Below, one piece after another: positions 1 through 8,038 of a DNA stretch of 24,576 bases; the stretch's first letter is position 1, and every line of letters begins with the position of its first letter. The notes under the pieces are model-generated. The model had not been told where the DNA came from, searched no databases, and saw only the letters and a program-made list of their open reading frames with translations. The stretch is from a virus (Duplodnaviria; Caudoviricetes). Location: the IMG/VR virus record IMGVR_UViG_3300037797_000033, positions 1 to 24,576 of that record. One strand, 5' to 3'. The position numbers were made by a program, and so were the translations under genes.

Positions 1-18
1 GGATGTTGCTCAGGGTAG

Positions 19-279
19 CTACGTGATGGGTGGCGGGATGACGAGGCGCGCGATGTACGCGACCACGGCGGTGAGGACGTCGGCGGCCAGCTTCAGGCCG
101 AGCGCCGTCCAGTAGTCGCCGGTCCAACGAAGGTCGCCGAGCGCGGCCGTCATCCCCACCGCCACCGTCGCGACGACGGTGATGAACAGGTTCCACGCGA
201 AGGTGCGGAACGCGCGGGTCCACGCGTCGACGGAGGCCGGCGCCGGCATGGGCAACGGCTGCGGTGCGCTGTGCGTCAC
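19..279 (-). CDS. Small 2-TM membrane protein, holin-like
   Basis: Two hydrophobic stretches (FAWNLFITVVATVAVGMTAAL; LAADVLTAVVAYIARLVI); AGGAGGA SD upstream; downstream of the endolysin. Confidence 0.7.
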   Translation of the reverse strand: MTHSAPQPLPMPAPASVDAWTRAFRTFAWNLFITVVATVAVGMTAALGDLRWTGDYWTALGLKLAADVLTAVVAYIARLVIPPPIT

Positions 280-305
280 GGGCTCCTCCTGGTGTGATGG
301 GCGGC

Positions 306-506
306 ATGGAACCGGAGGAGTGGACGACGAGCCAGGTCCGGGACTACCTCGGGTACAAGACGCTGGCGGTCACCCGCAGCATCCTGACGCAGCGGTGGAA
401 GATCCGGCCGGTGGCGTACAAGGCCAGCGGTGAGGCGCTGTGGCACGCCGACGCGGTCCGGGCGTTGGGCCGGGAGCGCCGGCAGCAGATCCTCGGGGAC
501 CTGTGA
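306..506 (+). CDS. Small HTH DNA-binding protein (excisionase/MerR-like), probably leaderless
   Basis: WTTSQVRDYLG...LWHADAVRA resembles Xis/MerR-like winged HTH proteins. It fills the gap between two minus-strand genes exactly. There is no SD, but TGTGAT-N7-ATG precedes the start. Confidence 0.65.
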   Translation: MEPEEWTTSQVRDYLGYKTLAVTRSILTQRWKIRPVAYKASGEALWHADAVRALGRERRQQILGDL

Positions 507-507
507 C

Positions 508-816
508 CTACCGGTGGCGCCGGCCGGCGCGGTGTTCACGCACCACCAGCCACACCCGCTGGCACATCACCAACGCCAGCGCGCAGTAAAACGCGGCGAT
601 CAGGTGTCGCCGCCACGGGTAGTCGCCGAGCACCAGCCGGGCCAGGCCGAGCGCCAGCAGGGCGGCGATCACGTAGGAGAACAGCATCACGTGCCGGCCC
701 CACGGGTTACGCCGCCAGGCTGTCCAGGCGTGGTTGAGGGCGATGAACGCCACGTCGGCGGCCAGCACCACGCACGACGCGACCAGGGCCACCAGTTCCG
801 GACCGCCCAGTTTCAC
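508..816 (-). CDS. 3-TM membrane protein, putative holin
   Basis: Three hydrophobic helices and a basic C-terminus; in the lysis cassette; GTGA overlap with the upstream gene. Confidence 0.7.
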   Translation of the reverse strand: MKLGGPELVALVASCVVLAADVAFIALNHAWTAWRRNPWGRHVMLFSYVIAALLALGLARLVLGDYPWRRHLIAAFYCALALVMCQRVWLVVREHRAGRRHR

Positions 817-1016
817 GTCGGACCCCCCCGGAACAGGGACATCATGGCGTCACCGAACCCGTTGCGCTGCTGGTGCTGGCGCAGCGACTCGGACACTTCG
901 CGCACGTCGGGCCAGCGTTCCTTCACCTCGCGCAGCCGGCCCTCAGCCTCGCGGTGCGCCTGCTCCCCGCGCGGGGCACACTTCGGCCTACGACGCCACC
1001 AGCCCCACCACCTCAC
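813..1016 (-). CDS. Small lysis-cassette protein (Trp/Arg-rich N-terminus, helical)
   Basis: GTG at 1016 overlaps the TGA of the upstream gene (GTGA); VRWWGWWRRR...RNGFGDAMMSLF. The ORF track's longer N-terminus overlaps the neighbouring gene. Confidence 0.7.
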   Translation of the reverse strand: MRWWGWWRRRPKCAPRGEQAHREAEGRLREVKERWPDVREVSESLRQHQQRNGFGDAMMSLFRGGPT

Positions 1017-1303
1017 CGCTGCCCCCTCGGTGGCCGCTGCCCCGGCTGCGGAAGGGCGCGGATCACCTGGTCGGTCGTGCGGGCCAATTCGAGGAGCTCG
1101 TCGAACTGGTTGGCGCGGATGCGGTTGATTTCCTGCTCGGCCTCGGCGGTCTTGCGCCAGCCGTCGCGGTCGGCGCGGGCGTCTTCGACGGTTGAGCGGG
1201 GGACGAGGCGGCCGGTCATGACCAGCCACACCGTCGCGGCCAACAACATGACGGCCCCGCCCTGGATGAATACGGTGGACGGCAGGTTCAGCAGCGCTTC
1301 CAC
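1013..1303 (-). CDS. Single-TM plus coiled-coil lysis-cassette protein (holin-like)
   Basis: N-terminal TM (GGAVMLLAATVWLVMTGRLVP) followed by a charged helix; immediately after the endolysin. Confidence 0.75.
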   Translation of the reverse strand: MEALLNLPSTVFIQGGAVMLLAATVWLVMTGRLVPRSTVEDARADRDGWRKTAEAEQEINRIRANQFDELLELARTTDQVIRALPQPGQRPPRGQR

Positions 1304-1321
1304 CGTACCCCCGTCCTGCGG

Positions 1322-2173
1322 CTACGGGGTGTCCGCGTCGGCGCCGCCCCGGAATGCCTGGTCGAGCTGCTCGTCGATGACGGGCCGCAGCGCGGCGGCC
1401 AGGTCTGCGACGATCGCGGCCCGGTCAGCCTCCGTCAGGACAACGGTGGCGGCGGGGCGGTCCTTCAGTTCGGCGACGTCGCCGAGCAGCGCGTTGACCA
1501 TTTGGATGAGGGCCATCGGTTCGCCCTTGTACGGGCCGCCTCGCACGGTCGGCGTGCCCGCGTGGAGGGCGTCGACCCGCCAGGCCAGCGCGGCGGCGTC
1601 GTTGTCCGCGAGGAAACCCATGGTGCCTCCTGATGCGATCGAGTTGAGGTGGCTTGCAACCCGCATGCGGAACGCGGGCATGTTGAACGTCGGGTCGGTC
1701 TTGCCCAGCGGCTGGTGCTCTTTGTGCCCGACGGCCCGTTCGACGGGCCAGCCCATCCAGTGGCAGATCGCGGCGACGCCGCGCGTGTACGACTCGTACA
1801 TGGCCGGCGGCCACTGCTCGCCGCGGTTGTCATTGGCGGCCTCGATGCCGAGCAGGTTGGTGTTGCCGAGGCCGGCGAGCGGTGTCCCCCGCTGGCCGAG
1901 GAGGGCGTGGTTGCAGCGCCCCGACGCGACGACGTGCCAGTGGCCGGTGCGGGACAGGTAGAGCTGCGCGATCGGTGCCGGCGCCGACGCGGACCCGGTC
2001 AGCAGTACCTTGATCTCGGCCAGGTCGGGCGCAGTCCGGGATCCGGCGGTGGCGTGGACGATGATGCCGCGCGGGTCGAAGGTGGCGCCGCCGCGGGACT
2101 GCCAGCCGGACACTTCGTGCACGGTCAGCCCGGCCGCGCGCAGCACGGCGGGTAGCCACAGCGCGCGGGCCAC
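1322..2173 (-). CDS. Endolysin, N-acetylmuramoyl-L-alanine amidase (Amidase_2) with helical C-terminal domain
   Basis: Zn-amidase motifs IIVHATA, CNHA, LGIEA, VGHKE..K.DP; lies after the tail genes. Confidence 0.92.
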   Translation of the reverse strand: MARALWLPAVLRAAGLTVHEVSGWQSRGGATFDPRGIIVHATAGSRTAPDLAEIKVLLTGSASAPAPIAQLYLSRTGHWHVVASGRCNHALLGQRGTPLAGLGNTNLLGIEAANDNRGEQWPPAMYESYTRGVAAICHWMGWPVERAVGHKEHQPLGKTDPTFNMPAFRMRVASHLNSIASGGTMGFLADNDAAALAWRVDALHAGTPTVRGGPYKGEPMALIQMVNALLGDVAELKDRPAATVVLTEADRAAIVADLAAALRPVIDEQLDQAFRGGADADTP

Positions 2174-2174
2174 G

Positions 2175-2438
2175 TCAGCTCGCCTGTCGGAGCACGTCGT
2201 CCGGGATCTGCACGACGGTGACCAGCCGGGCCTGCTGGTGCCCTTCGGCGACGAACCCCGCCTCCTCGCCGCCCCACCACGCCCGCTCGACCGCGGCGCT
2301 GTGGGTGACCAGATCGGCGGTGACCTCGTCCACGCCGCGGCTGGTCAGCCAGTCGTACGCGAGCTCGCGGCACACCGACACGCGGCCGCCGTCGCCGTCG
2401 AGGAGCAGGCCATGGCCGGGCACAGCGATCGGGTCCAC
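2175..2438 (-). CDS. Hypothetical protein (possible tail-fibre partner)
   Basis: TAGGAGG stop/SD then GTG at 2438; fills the gap; GC3-rich codons. Confidence 0.7.
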   Translation of the reverse strand: MDPIAVPGHGLLLDGDGGRVSVCRELAYDWLTSRGVDEVTADLVTHSAAVERAWWGGEEAGFVAEGHQQARLVTVVQIPDDVLRQAS

Positions 2439-2449
2439 GACAGGGCCTC

Positions 2450-2941
2450 CTATGTGGGCTGGTAGGCGATGGACAGGCGGATCTGGTCGTTGTTGGCCCA
2501 CGTCTGCGGCGCGGTCGCCGTGATACCACCCGTCGTGGCCTCAAGCGCGAGATCGGTCGAGCTGGAGACCACGCAGCAGCCGGTGCGGCTCGTCGTGCCC
2601 GAGTCGTTGATGTACAGCGGCCCGGTCGCGGCCTCCACGCTCGACGCCGCCGCCGACGCCGCGGCCGGCAGCGAAAACGCCCACTGGCCGGTGCCGTACG
2701 TGGTCGTCGAACCCGCCTTGAAAGCGATCTCGACGTGCACCAGGCCGGAGCCGAAGAGCCGGTACCGGCCGGTAAGTGTCCCGTTGTTGAGGACGGGCTG
2801 GGTTGCCGACGTCGACCAGGTCGGCGTGTAGGAGACCCATGCGGCGTTCAGCGCGTCGTCGGCGTCCTGGACGATGTCGCCCAGCGCGTTCAGGCTCGAC
2901 GAGGCCAGCACCCCGGGGGCGAAGTTCGGGACGGTCGCCAC
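2450..2941 (-). CDS. Short tail fibre / receptor-binding-type minor tail protein
   Basis: Start GTG 2941 after TAGGAGG. FAPG..L....LN anchor then W.SYTPTW...GTLTGRY...FSLP, a beta-rich head typical of actinophage fibres. Confidence 0.8.
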   Translation of the reverse strand: MATVPNFAPGVLASSSLNALGDIVQDADDALNAAWVSYTPTWSTSATQPVLNNGTLTGRYRLFGSGLVHVEIAFKAGSTTTYGTGQWAFSLPAAASAAASSVEAATGPLYINDSGTTSRTGCCVVSSSTDLALEATTGGITATAPQTWANNDQIRLSIAYQPT

Positions 2942-2949
2942 GGGGCCTC

Positions 2950-3615
2950 CTAGAAGGGCAGCAGGTCGGTGCCGTCGAGCAGGCTCTCGTCGAGCCGGAA
3001 CCACGGCCCGGGCACGCCCGGGTCCTCGCCGACGACGGGCACCGTGTTCCATGTCACCGTGCGGCCGCCGTCGGCGCAGACGTGCCGGGCACCCTCGATG
3101 ACCAGCGAGTCGGCGCCTTCGGGCCAGGTGGCAGGGACGCCGGTGACGGTGATCCGGTCGCCGATGGACAGGTCGAGGATGCGCCACCGCTCCAGGTCGG
3201 TGCGGGGCAGCAGGTCCACGGTGAGCTGTGGGCAGCGCACGCGCGGGTCGGCGTGGTAGGCGACGGTGAACGCGGCCAGGTTGGCCGGGTCGTCGTCGAC
3301 GGTGGATTCGATGGTGAAGGCGCGGGCGTACTCGCCGTACTCGGTCACCGATGCGGCGCTGGTGGCGCGGGCGGCGGCGCCGCCGGTCCGGGTCACCTCG
3401 GCCACGTTGATCGGCTTGTCGAGGCGGAACGTCACCGGCGACGCCAGCCAGTCGTACGGGATCTCGGCCGGGGCCGGCGGGTAGGCGCCCCAGTACCAGT
3501 CCGCGGCGACCTGCCAGCCGGGCGAGCCGATGGTGGCCTGGCCGGGCAGCGTGTACTGGACGTTCCACGGCACCAGCCCGGCGAGGGTGCGGTGTTGGCC
3601 GAGGCCGGTCGACAC
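2950..3615 (-). CDS. Minor tail protein, resembling the C-terminal half of a baseplate hub-type protein
   Basis: IN..EVTR.GG...S...YG.Y...P..R...LTVDL...L.IGDRITV...IEG..H and a terminal F.LD...LD motif, as in actinophage hub proteins. Confidence 0.8.
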   Translation of the reverse strand: MSTGLGQHRTLAGLVPWNVQYTLPGQATIGSPGWQVAADWYWGAYPPAPAEIPYDWLASPVTFRLDKPINVAEVTRTGGAAARATSAASVTEYGEYARAFTIESTVDDDPANLAAFTVAYHADPRVRCPQLTVDLLPRTDLERWRILDLSIGDRITVTGVPATWPEGADSLVIEGARHVCADGGRTVTWNTVPVVGEDPGVPGPWFRLDESLLDGTDLLPF

Positions 3616-3616
3616 G

Positions 3617-4423
3617 TCAGCCCTGCGTGTACTGCACGAGCGCGGACACCACGCCCCCGGCGGTGCCGGCCAGCACGTACACCAGCCACGGCACCGACGT
3701 GTCGTACATGCGGACCGGCCGGCCCGGCGCCAGCGGCACGGACACCCCGGCGACGGGGGTTCCGACCACGGCGATCGGCCGGTAGGCGACGAGGTGGATG
3801 GCGCCGCCGCCGTAGCTGGTGCCCAACGTCACGGACTGGACCGACCGGACACCCTTGTCCCCGGCGGCGAGCGCGAAGGGCACGAACGTCCCGGCGACCG
3901 CGGTCGCGGGAAACGACGTGATCGTGCCCGTCTTGCCGGCGGTGCCGTCGCTGTTGGTGTAGCTCAGCGTCGTGTTCGTGATGGCCGAGCCGTTCGTGGT
4001 GGCCGTCGACACCTCGATCGCCACGCCGATGCCGGCACCGTTGGTCGACCCGGCGATGTCGCGGGCCGGCCACGCCGGGGACGTGATGGACTGCGACGTC
4101 GTCGTGGTCACCGTCAGGCCCGAGTTGTGCCACAGCCGGTCCAGCAGGGCGACGCTGCCCACGTTGGCGCCCTGCACCACGTCCAGGCCGGCCAGGTAGA
4201 CGTTGGCGCCGGACACCGCCGCCGGGAAGTCGATCTGCCCCGCGTAGGTAGTCAGCGCCGCACCGTTGACACCCGGCGACGGCGCCGCCGCAGCCCCGGG
4301 CAGGCCGGCCAGGTAGAACGAGCTGTGCCGCTCACCGGCCGCCTCACCGGTGAACGCGGCCTTGGACACCTCGCGCGGGGCCAGCAGGCCGGCGATGAGC
4401 GAGTCGACACCGGTGATCGCCAC
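3617..4423 (-). CDS. Beta-rich virion structural protein of unknown function (268 aa)
   Basis: TAGGAGG SD; G/A/T/V-rich; DRLWHNSG, YTNSDG.AG.TG, L.AGD.GVRSVQS motifs; ends in QG. Confidence 0.8.
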   Translation of the reverse strand: MAITGVDSLIAGLLAPREVSKAAFTGEAAGERHSSFYLAGLPGAAAAPSPGVNGAALTTYAGQIDFPAAVSGANVYLAGLDVVQGANVGSVALLDRLWHNSGLTVTTTTSQSITSPAWPARDIAGSTNGAGIGVAIEVSTATTNGSAITNTTLSYTNSDGTAGKTGTITSFPATAVAGTFVPFALAAGDKGVRSVQSVTLGTSYGGGAIHLVAYRPIAVVGTPVAGVSVPLAPGRPVRMYDTSVPWLVYVLAGTAGGVVSALVQYTQG

Positions 4424-4431
4424 CCGACCTC

Positions 4432-5817
4432 CTAGACGTTGTAGATACGCGTACGGGAATGAAACACCAGCCGGCCGTCACCGTCGGCGACAAGGCGCCC
4501 CTGCTCGGTGGTGGCCGCCTCACGCATCGCCTCGATCGGCCGCTTACCGGCCAGCGCCGCCTGCTGCATGTACCCGGCGCCACGGTCCAGCACGAGCTCG
4601 GTAGCCGGAATGCCGGCATAGGAGGCAACGGTGGCTACCCGCTCGTCGGTCCGCTGCCCGTCCAGGCCGTCGCGCCCCACCTCGCGCTGAGCGAGGAAGT
4701 CGTCGTGGGTGTAGTCACCCACATACACCTGGGCGTGCCCGACGACCCCGTCCATCAGGCGGCCCACCGCGAAGTCGGTGAACGGCTCCGACGCCGGGCC
4801 GGTGCCGACCGGGGTGCCGGTGTACTCGTCGGCGTCGACCCACAGTTTCAGCGTGTTCGGGGTCCAGCCGTACTGCATGGCGACCGGGTACGCCTTCCCG
4901 TAGACGGGCAGGTCACCCAGCACCTCAAGGCTGAGGGTGCCGTCGAAGTCGAACGCGTCGGCCATCCACTTGTTTTCGACCGAATCGCGTCGAAGCTGCA
5001 GGAAGAACCGGAACCCGTACAGGGACGCCGCGAACCAGTTCTGGGCGTGGACCTCATTCGGGGTGACCCACACCACGACCGTCACCGTCTGCCCCGCGGC
5101 GAGGGTGACCGGTGTGCCCCACGTCGTCTGCAACGCGTACGAGGTGTCCGGGAACAGGCCCGGGATGGCGACGACCGGCACCGACAGTCGCGCCCCGGGC
5201 AGGTCATCGCCCGGCGCGGACAGTTCGGCGGCGTAGTCGACGGCGAGCCGCCCGGTCGGGGTGGTGGCGGTGCCCAGGTAGCTGCGGGTCTCGACCGGAC
5301 GCAGCCCTTCGCGGGAGTTGCCGGACCGGTCGCCGAGCGGGGCGCCGGCATCCCCCATCGGGTAGTACGCCTGCAGGCCGGCGGCGGTGCCGAGGACGTG
5401 TGCGCCCAGGGTCGAAATGAAAGCCGGGGCGCGGTCCATCCGGCCGGGCCGGTCGATCGCGGTCACGGACACGATCTGGTCCCCGCACGCCGCCCAGTCG
5501 TCGACGTCGGGCTCCTCGATGTACCCGTCGAACACAGGGAACGACTGGTAGCCGAGCACCTCGACGACGCGTAGCCGGCGGGCGTGGCGCCAGTACGGGT
5601 ACAGCGGCGACGTGGTGTTGCCGGGCGTGAACCGGTGGTCGGCGTTGTTCAACACCACGGTCAGGCGGGACGGTTCGATGCCGTCGGCCTCCGTCGCCCG
5701 CCCGGCCTGCACATCCCACGCCTCGACGTAGCCGGTCACATCTGTCCAGGCGGGCGGGAACTCGTCCGGCGCCGTCGTCAACGCCGCCTCAACGCGGTAG
5801 AACTCCCACGGCGCCAC
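4432..5817 (-). CDS. Minor tail protein (hub N-terminal half) with inserted LamG/concanavalin-like domain
   Basis: First gene after the tape measure. WTDVT.YV...GR...L.N.D.RFTP.N..SPLYP N-domain; AYYPMGD...LWVD...G.VGHAQVY LamG-like insert; E.G.L..DGDG.LVF..R end. Confidence 0.82.
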   Translation of the reverse strand: MAPWEFYRVEAALTTAPDEFPPAWTDVTGYVEAWDVQAGRATEADGIEPSRLTVVLNNADHRFTPGNTTSPLYPYWRHARRLRVVEVLGYQSFPVFDGYIEEPDVDDWAACGDQIVSVTAIDRPGRMDRAPAFISTLGAHVLGTAAGLQAYYPMGDAGAPLGDRSGNSREGLRPVETRSYLGTATTPTGRLAVDYAAELSAPGDDLPGARLSVPVVAIPGLFPDTSYALQTTWGTPVTLAAGQTVTVVVWVTPNEVHAQNWFAASLYGFRFFLQLRRDSVENKWMADAFDFDGTLSLEVLGDLPVYGKAYPVAMQYGWTPNTLKLWVDADEYTGTPVGTGPASEPFTDFAVGRLMDGVVGHAQVYVGDYTHDDFLAQREVGRDGLDGQRTDERVATVASYAGIPATELVLDRGAGYMQQAALAGKRPIEAMREAATTEQGRLVADGDGRLVFHSRTRIYNV

Positions 5818-5818
5818 G

Positions 5819-7519
5819 TCAGGCCAACCCCAGCGTCACCTTGCCGGCGCGGCGCTTGAACCGCAGCAGGCCCTGCCACACCGTCTCCGTGTCCAGTTGC
5901 AGGACGACCGGGGCGGCCACGTCCACGTCGCCGCTGCTGCTGCGGCCGCCGAGCATGCGCGCTGTCTCCGTCCCCGAATGGACGTAGCCGGAGCGGGACG
6001 GGGTGTACAGCTCGGGCAGGCCCTGCTCGCCGACGAGGTAGGTCCGCCCGGCCATGACCGGCCCGCCGGCGGCACGGCCGCCCTCGCCGGACACGTATAC
6101 GGAGTTGCCCTGCACGTTGCGGCCCGGGTCGCGGTACTTGACGTTGGCGAACACGGTCACGTGCACGTCGGGGATGCTGTTCAGCGCCTTGGTCGCGCCG
6201 GCGGCGAACGCGTCGAACTCCGACTTCGCCTTCCGCAGCGCACCGCCCATGCCCGGCACCCAGCCGAGCAGCTTCTCCAGCCCGGTCAGCACGGTGCCGA
6301 TGGAGAACAGCGCGTAGTTCACGAAGATCGACCAGATCGTTCTGATACCGCCGGCCCAGGAACTCCACAGCCCTATCAGGCTGCCGGTCAGCGCGGTGAT
6401 CTGGACGAGCGCGACGGAGATCTTGCCGAGGTTGTCGACGAACTTCTGCCCGTCAGGGCTCGCCATCCAGTCGGCCCACTTGTCGGTGAGCTTCTCCAGG
6501 GTGTCGAGGAAGTCCTCGCCGGACTCCTGGCCGCCGGTGAAGATCGCTTTGATCATGCGGCCGACGTTGCCGGCGATACGTTCAAGCTGGTCAAGGGTCT
6601 CTTTGGCCTTGTCCAGCCACCCCTTGAGCTTGCCGGATTCCTTGGCCTCGCGGATCCACGCGGCGAACTTCTCGGCGAGGTTGCCCGCCGACTTCGACAT
6701 GCCGGCCAGCGTCGGACCCGCCGTCTCGGCGATGTCGAGGAACGCCTGCGACAGCGGCGCCAGCGTCGACAGCAGACCATCGAGGATGCGGGACACCGAC
6801 GCGAAGATGCGTTCCATCTGCCCCGACTGGATGCTCGCCTCAACCACGCGCGAGATCCCGACCGCGGCCTTACGGAACTGCTCGGCCAACGCAGGCAGCC
6901 ACCGGCTCGCCAGCGGCGCCGCCGCATCGCTGAGCCGCTGCAACTCGGCCGCGGCGCCCTTGAAGAACGACTGCTGTACGTCGCCGCGGATCCGGCGCCA
7001 CACCGACGCGAGGGCGACGAGCTTGGCGACGGTCTCCTGCGCGGCCGGGGCGAGCTTGCGCATCGCCTCGGTGTACTTCTCGATGTCGCCCTCAAGCCCG
7101 GCCTTGAGCGCGTCCCCGACCCCGGCGAAGGCCAGCTTCAGCGTCGAAAACGCGGCGACCGCGGTCAGCGTCGCGGGGGCGATCAGCATCAGCAGCGGGA
7201 TGAGGTTGCCGATCGTGGCGACCAGCGGCACCGCGAGCGCGGCGATGGAGACGATGATCGCCGCCCACTTCCCCAGCGCGGGCGCCGCCGACATGGCGGC
7301 GTTACCGATCCGGCGGATACCCTCCCCGATCGCATTGACCCCCGCCGCGGCGCCGGCCCGCCCGAGGCGGGCCAGGTCACGGACCATGTCGCCGAGGGCA
7401 CCGCGGTTGCGGCGGCGAACGTTTCCGATCTCGTTCGACAGGCGGGTGAACTGGCGGCCGAGGTTGCGCAGCGCCTGCTCGCCGGTGGCGCGCACGTTGA
7501 CCAGCAGATTGATCGCCAC
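5819..7519 (-). CDS. Tape measure protein (566 aa)
   Basis: Long Ala/Leu-rich helical protein after the chaperones; C-terminal GRAAGGPV.AG..YLVGE.G.PELY.P motif. Confidence 0.92.
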   Translation of the reverse strand: MAINLLVNVRATGEQALRNLGRQFTRLSNEIGNVRRRNRGALGDMVRDLARLGRAGAAAGVNAIGEGIRRIGNAAMSAAPALGKWAAIIVSIAALAVPLVATIGNLIPLLMLIAPATLTAVAAFSTLKLAFAGVGDALKAGLEGDIEKYTEAMRKLAPAAQETVAKLVALASVWRRIRGDVQQSFFKGAAAELQRLSDAAAPLASRWLPALAEQFRKAAVGISRVVEASIQSGQMERIFASVSRILDGLLSTLAPLSQAFLDIAETAGPTLAGMSKSAGNLAEKFAAWIREAKESGKLKGWLDKAKETLDQLERIAGNVGRMIKAIFTGGQESGEDFLDTLEKLTDKWADWMASPDGQKFVDNLGKISVALVQITALTGSLIGLWSSWAGGIRTIWSIFVNYALFSIGTVLTGLEKLLGWVPGMGGALRKAKSEFDAFAAGATKALNSIPDVHVTVFANVKYRDPGRNVQGNSVYVSGEGGRAAGGPVMAGRTYLVGEQGLPELYTPSRSGYVHSGTETARMLGGRSSSGDVDVAAPVVLQLDTETVWQGLLRFKRRAGKVTLGLA

Positions 7520-7522
7520 GCG

Positions 7523-7735
7523 TCACCCCTTCGACGTCATCGCCTTGCGGTACGCGTCGACCCAGCCCATGCGGTCGTAGAACTCGGTGTACGTCCAGCG
7601 GCGGATGTCCCACGGCTGCGCGTGCAGCAGATGGCCCATGTCGGGGCCGTACTCGCGGATCAAGTCTTTGAGACGGCGGTCTTTCGTGCGGCCGCGCGCC
7701 GAGCCGCGCGGTTGCCGGCGGTCGCGTCCGGGGGG
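7523..7735 (-). CDS. Tail assembly chaperone second (-1 frame, gpT-like) segment
   Basis: Not in the ORF track. The -1 frame is open from 7735 to TGA at 7523 and encodes ...RRLKDLIREYGPDMGHLLHAQPWDIRRWTYTEFYDRMGWVDAYRKAMTSKG, ending 3 nt before the tape measure start. Confidence 0.8.
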   Translation of the reverse strand, partial: PPGRDRRQPRGSARGRTKDRRLKDLIREYGPDMGHLLHAQPWDIRRWTYTEFYDRMGWVDAYRKAMTSKG

Positions 7736-8034
7736 TCAGCATCATCCGCCTCGTCGGACTCCGTCTCCACCTTCAGGATCTTCGGCTGGAACGACGCCCA
7801 CTCGTCGACACAGCCGGCCATCCGCCGCGCCAGCCACAACATCGCCCGGATCCCCTTGACCGAACCGCGGCCGACCTCGGCACCGAACTCAGTGATCGTC
7901 AACCCGGTGACGGTCTCGAACTCCTCCAGCACCGACAGTTCCTCATCGGCGACCTGGGCATAGTCGAACTCGATCCACTCCGGTCCGCCGTAGCGTTCCT
8001 GATCCTCCGGGCTCATGCGCAGGCTGAGCTTCAA
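7660..8034 (-). CDS. Tail assembly chaperone (gpG-like)
   Basis: TTG start after GAGGAG; acidic; A.LWLARR.AG motif; upstream of the tape measure. Confidence 0.82.
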   Translation of the reverse strand: MKLSLRMSPEDQERYGGPEWIEFDYAQVADEELSVLEEFETVTGLTITEFGAEVGRGSVKGIRAMLWLARRMAGCVDEWASFQPKILKVETESDEADDADPPDATAGNRAARRAAARKTAVSKT

Positions 8035-8038
8035 ACGG

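Noticed and set aside
2450-3568. N-terminal extensions in the ORF track (2450..3568, 8039..8797, 10396..11304, 23162..23749, 23773..24360, 813..1229)
   Set aside because: They overlap upstream genes out of frame; internal starts with an SD or stop/start coupling fit better.
3616-4431. Possible intron or readthrough joining the two hub halves
   Set aside because: The joining frame contains stops, the interval is a normal gene with its own SD, and no group I/II intron features are visible.
5897-7963. Long plus-strand ORFs (688 aa here; also 20950..22626, 8548..9948, 6396..7580, 11217..12131 and others)
   Set aside because: Antisense shadows of well-supported minus-strand genes in high-GC DNA; low-complexity translations with no motifs.
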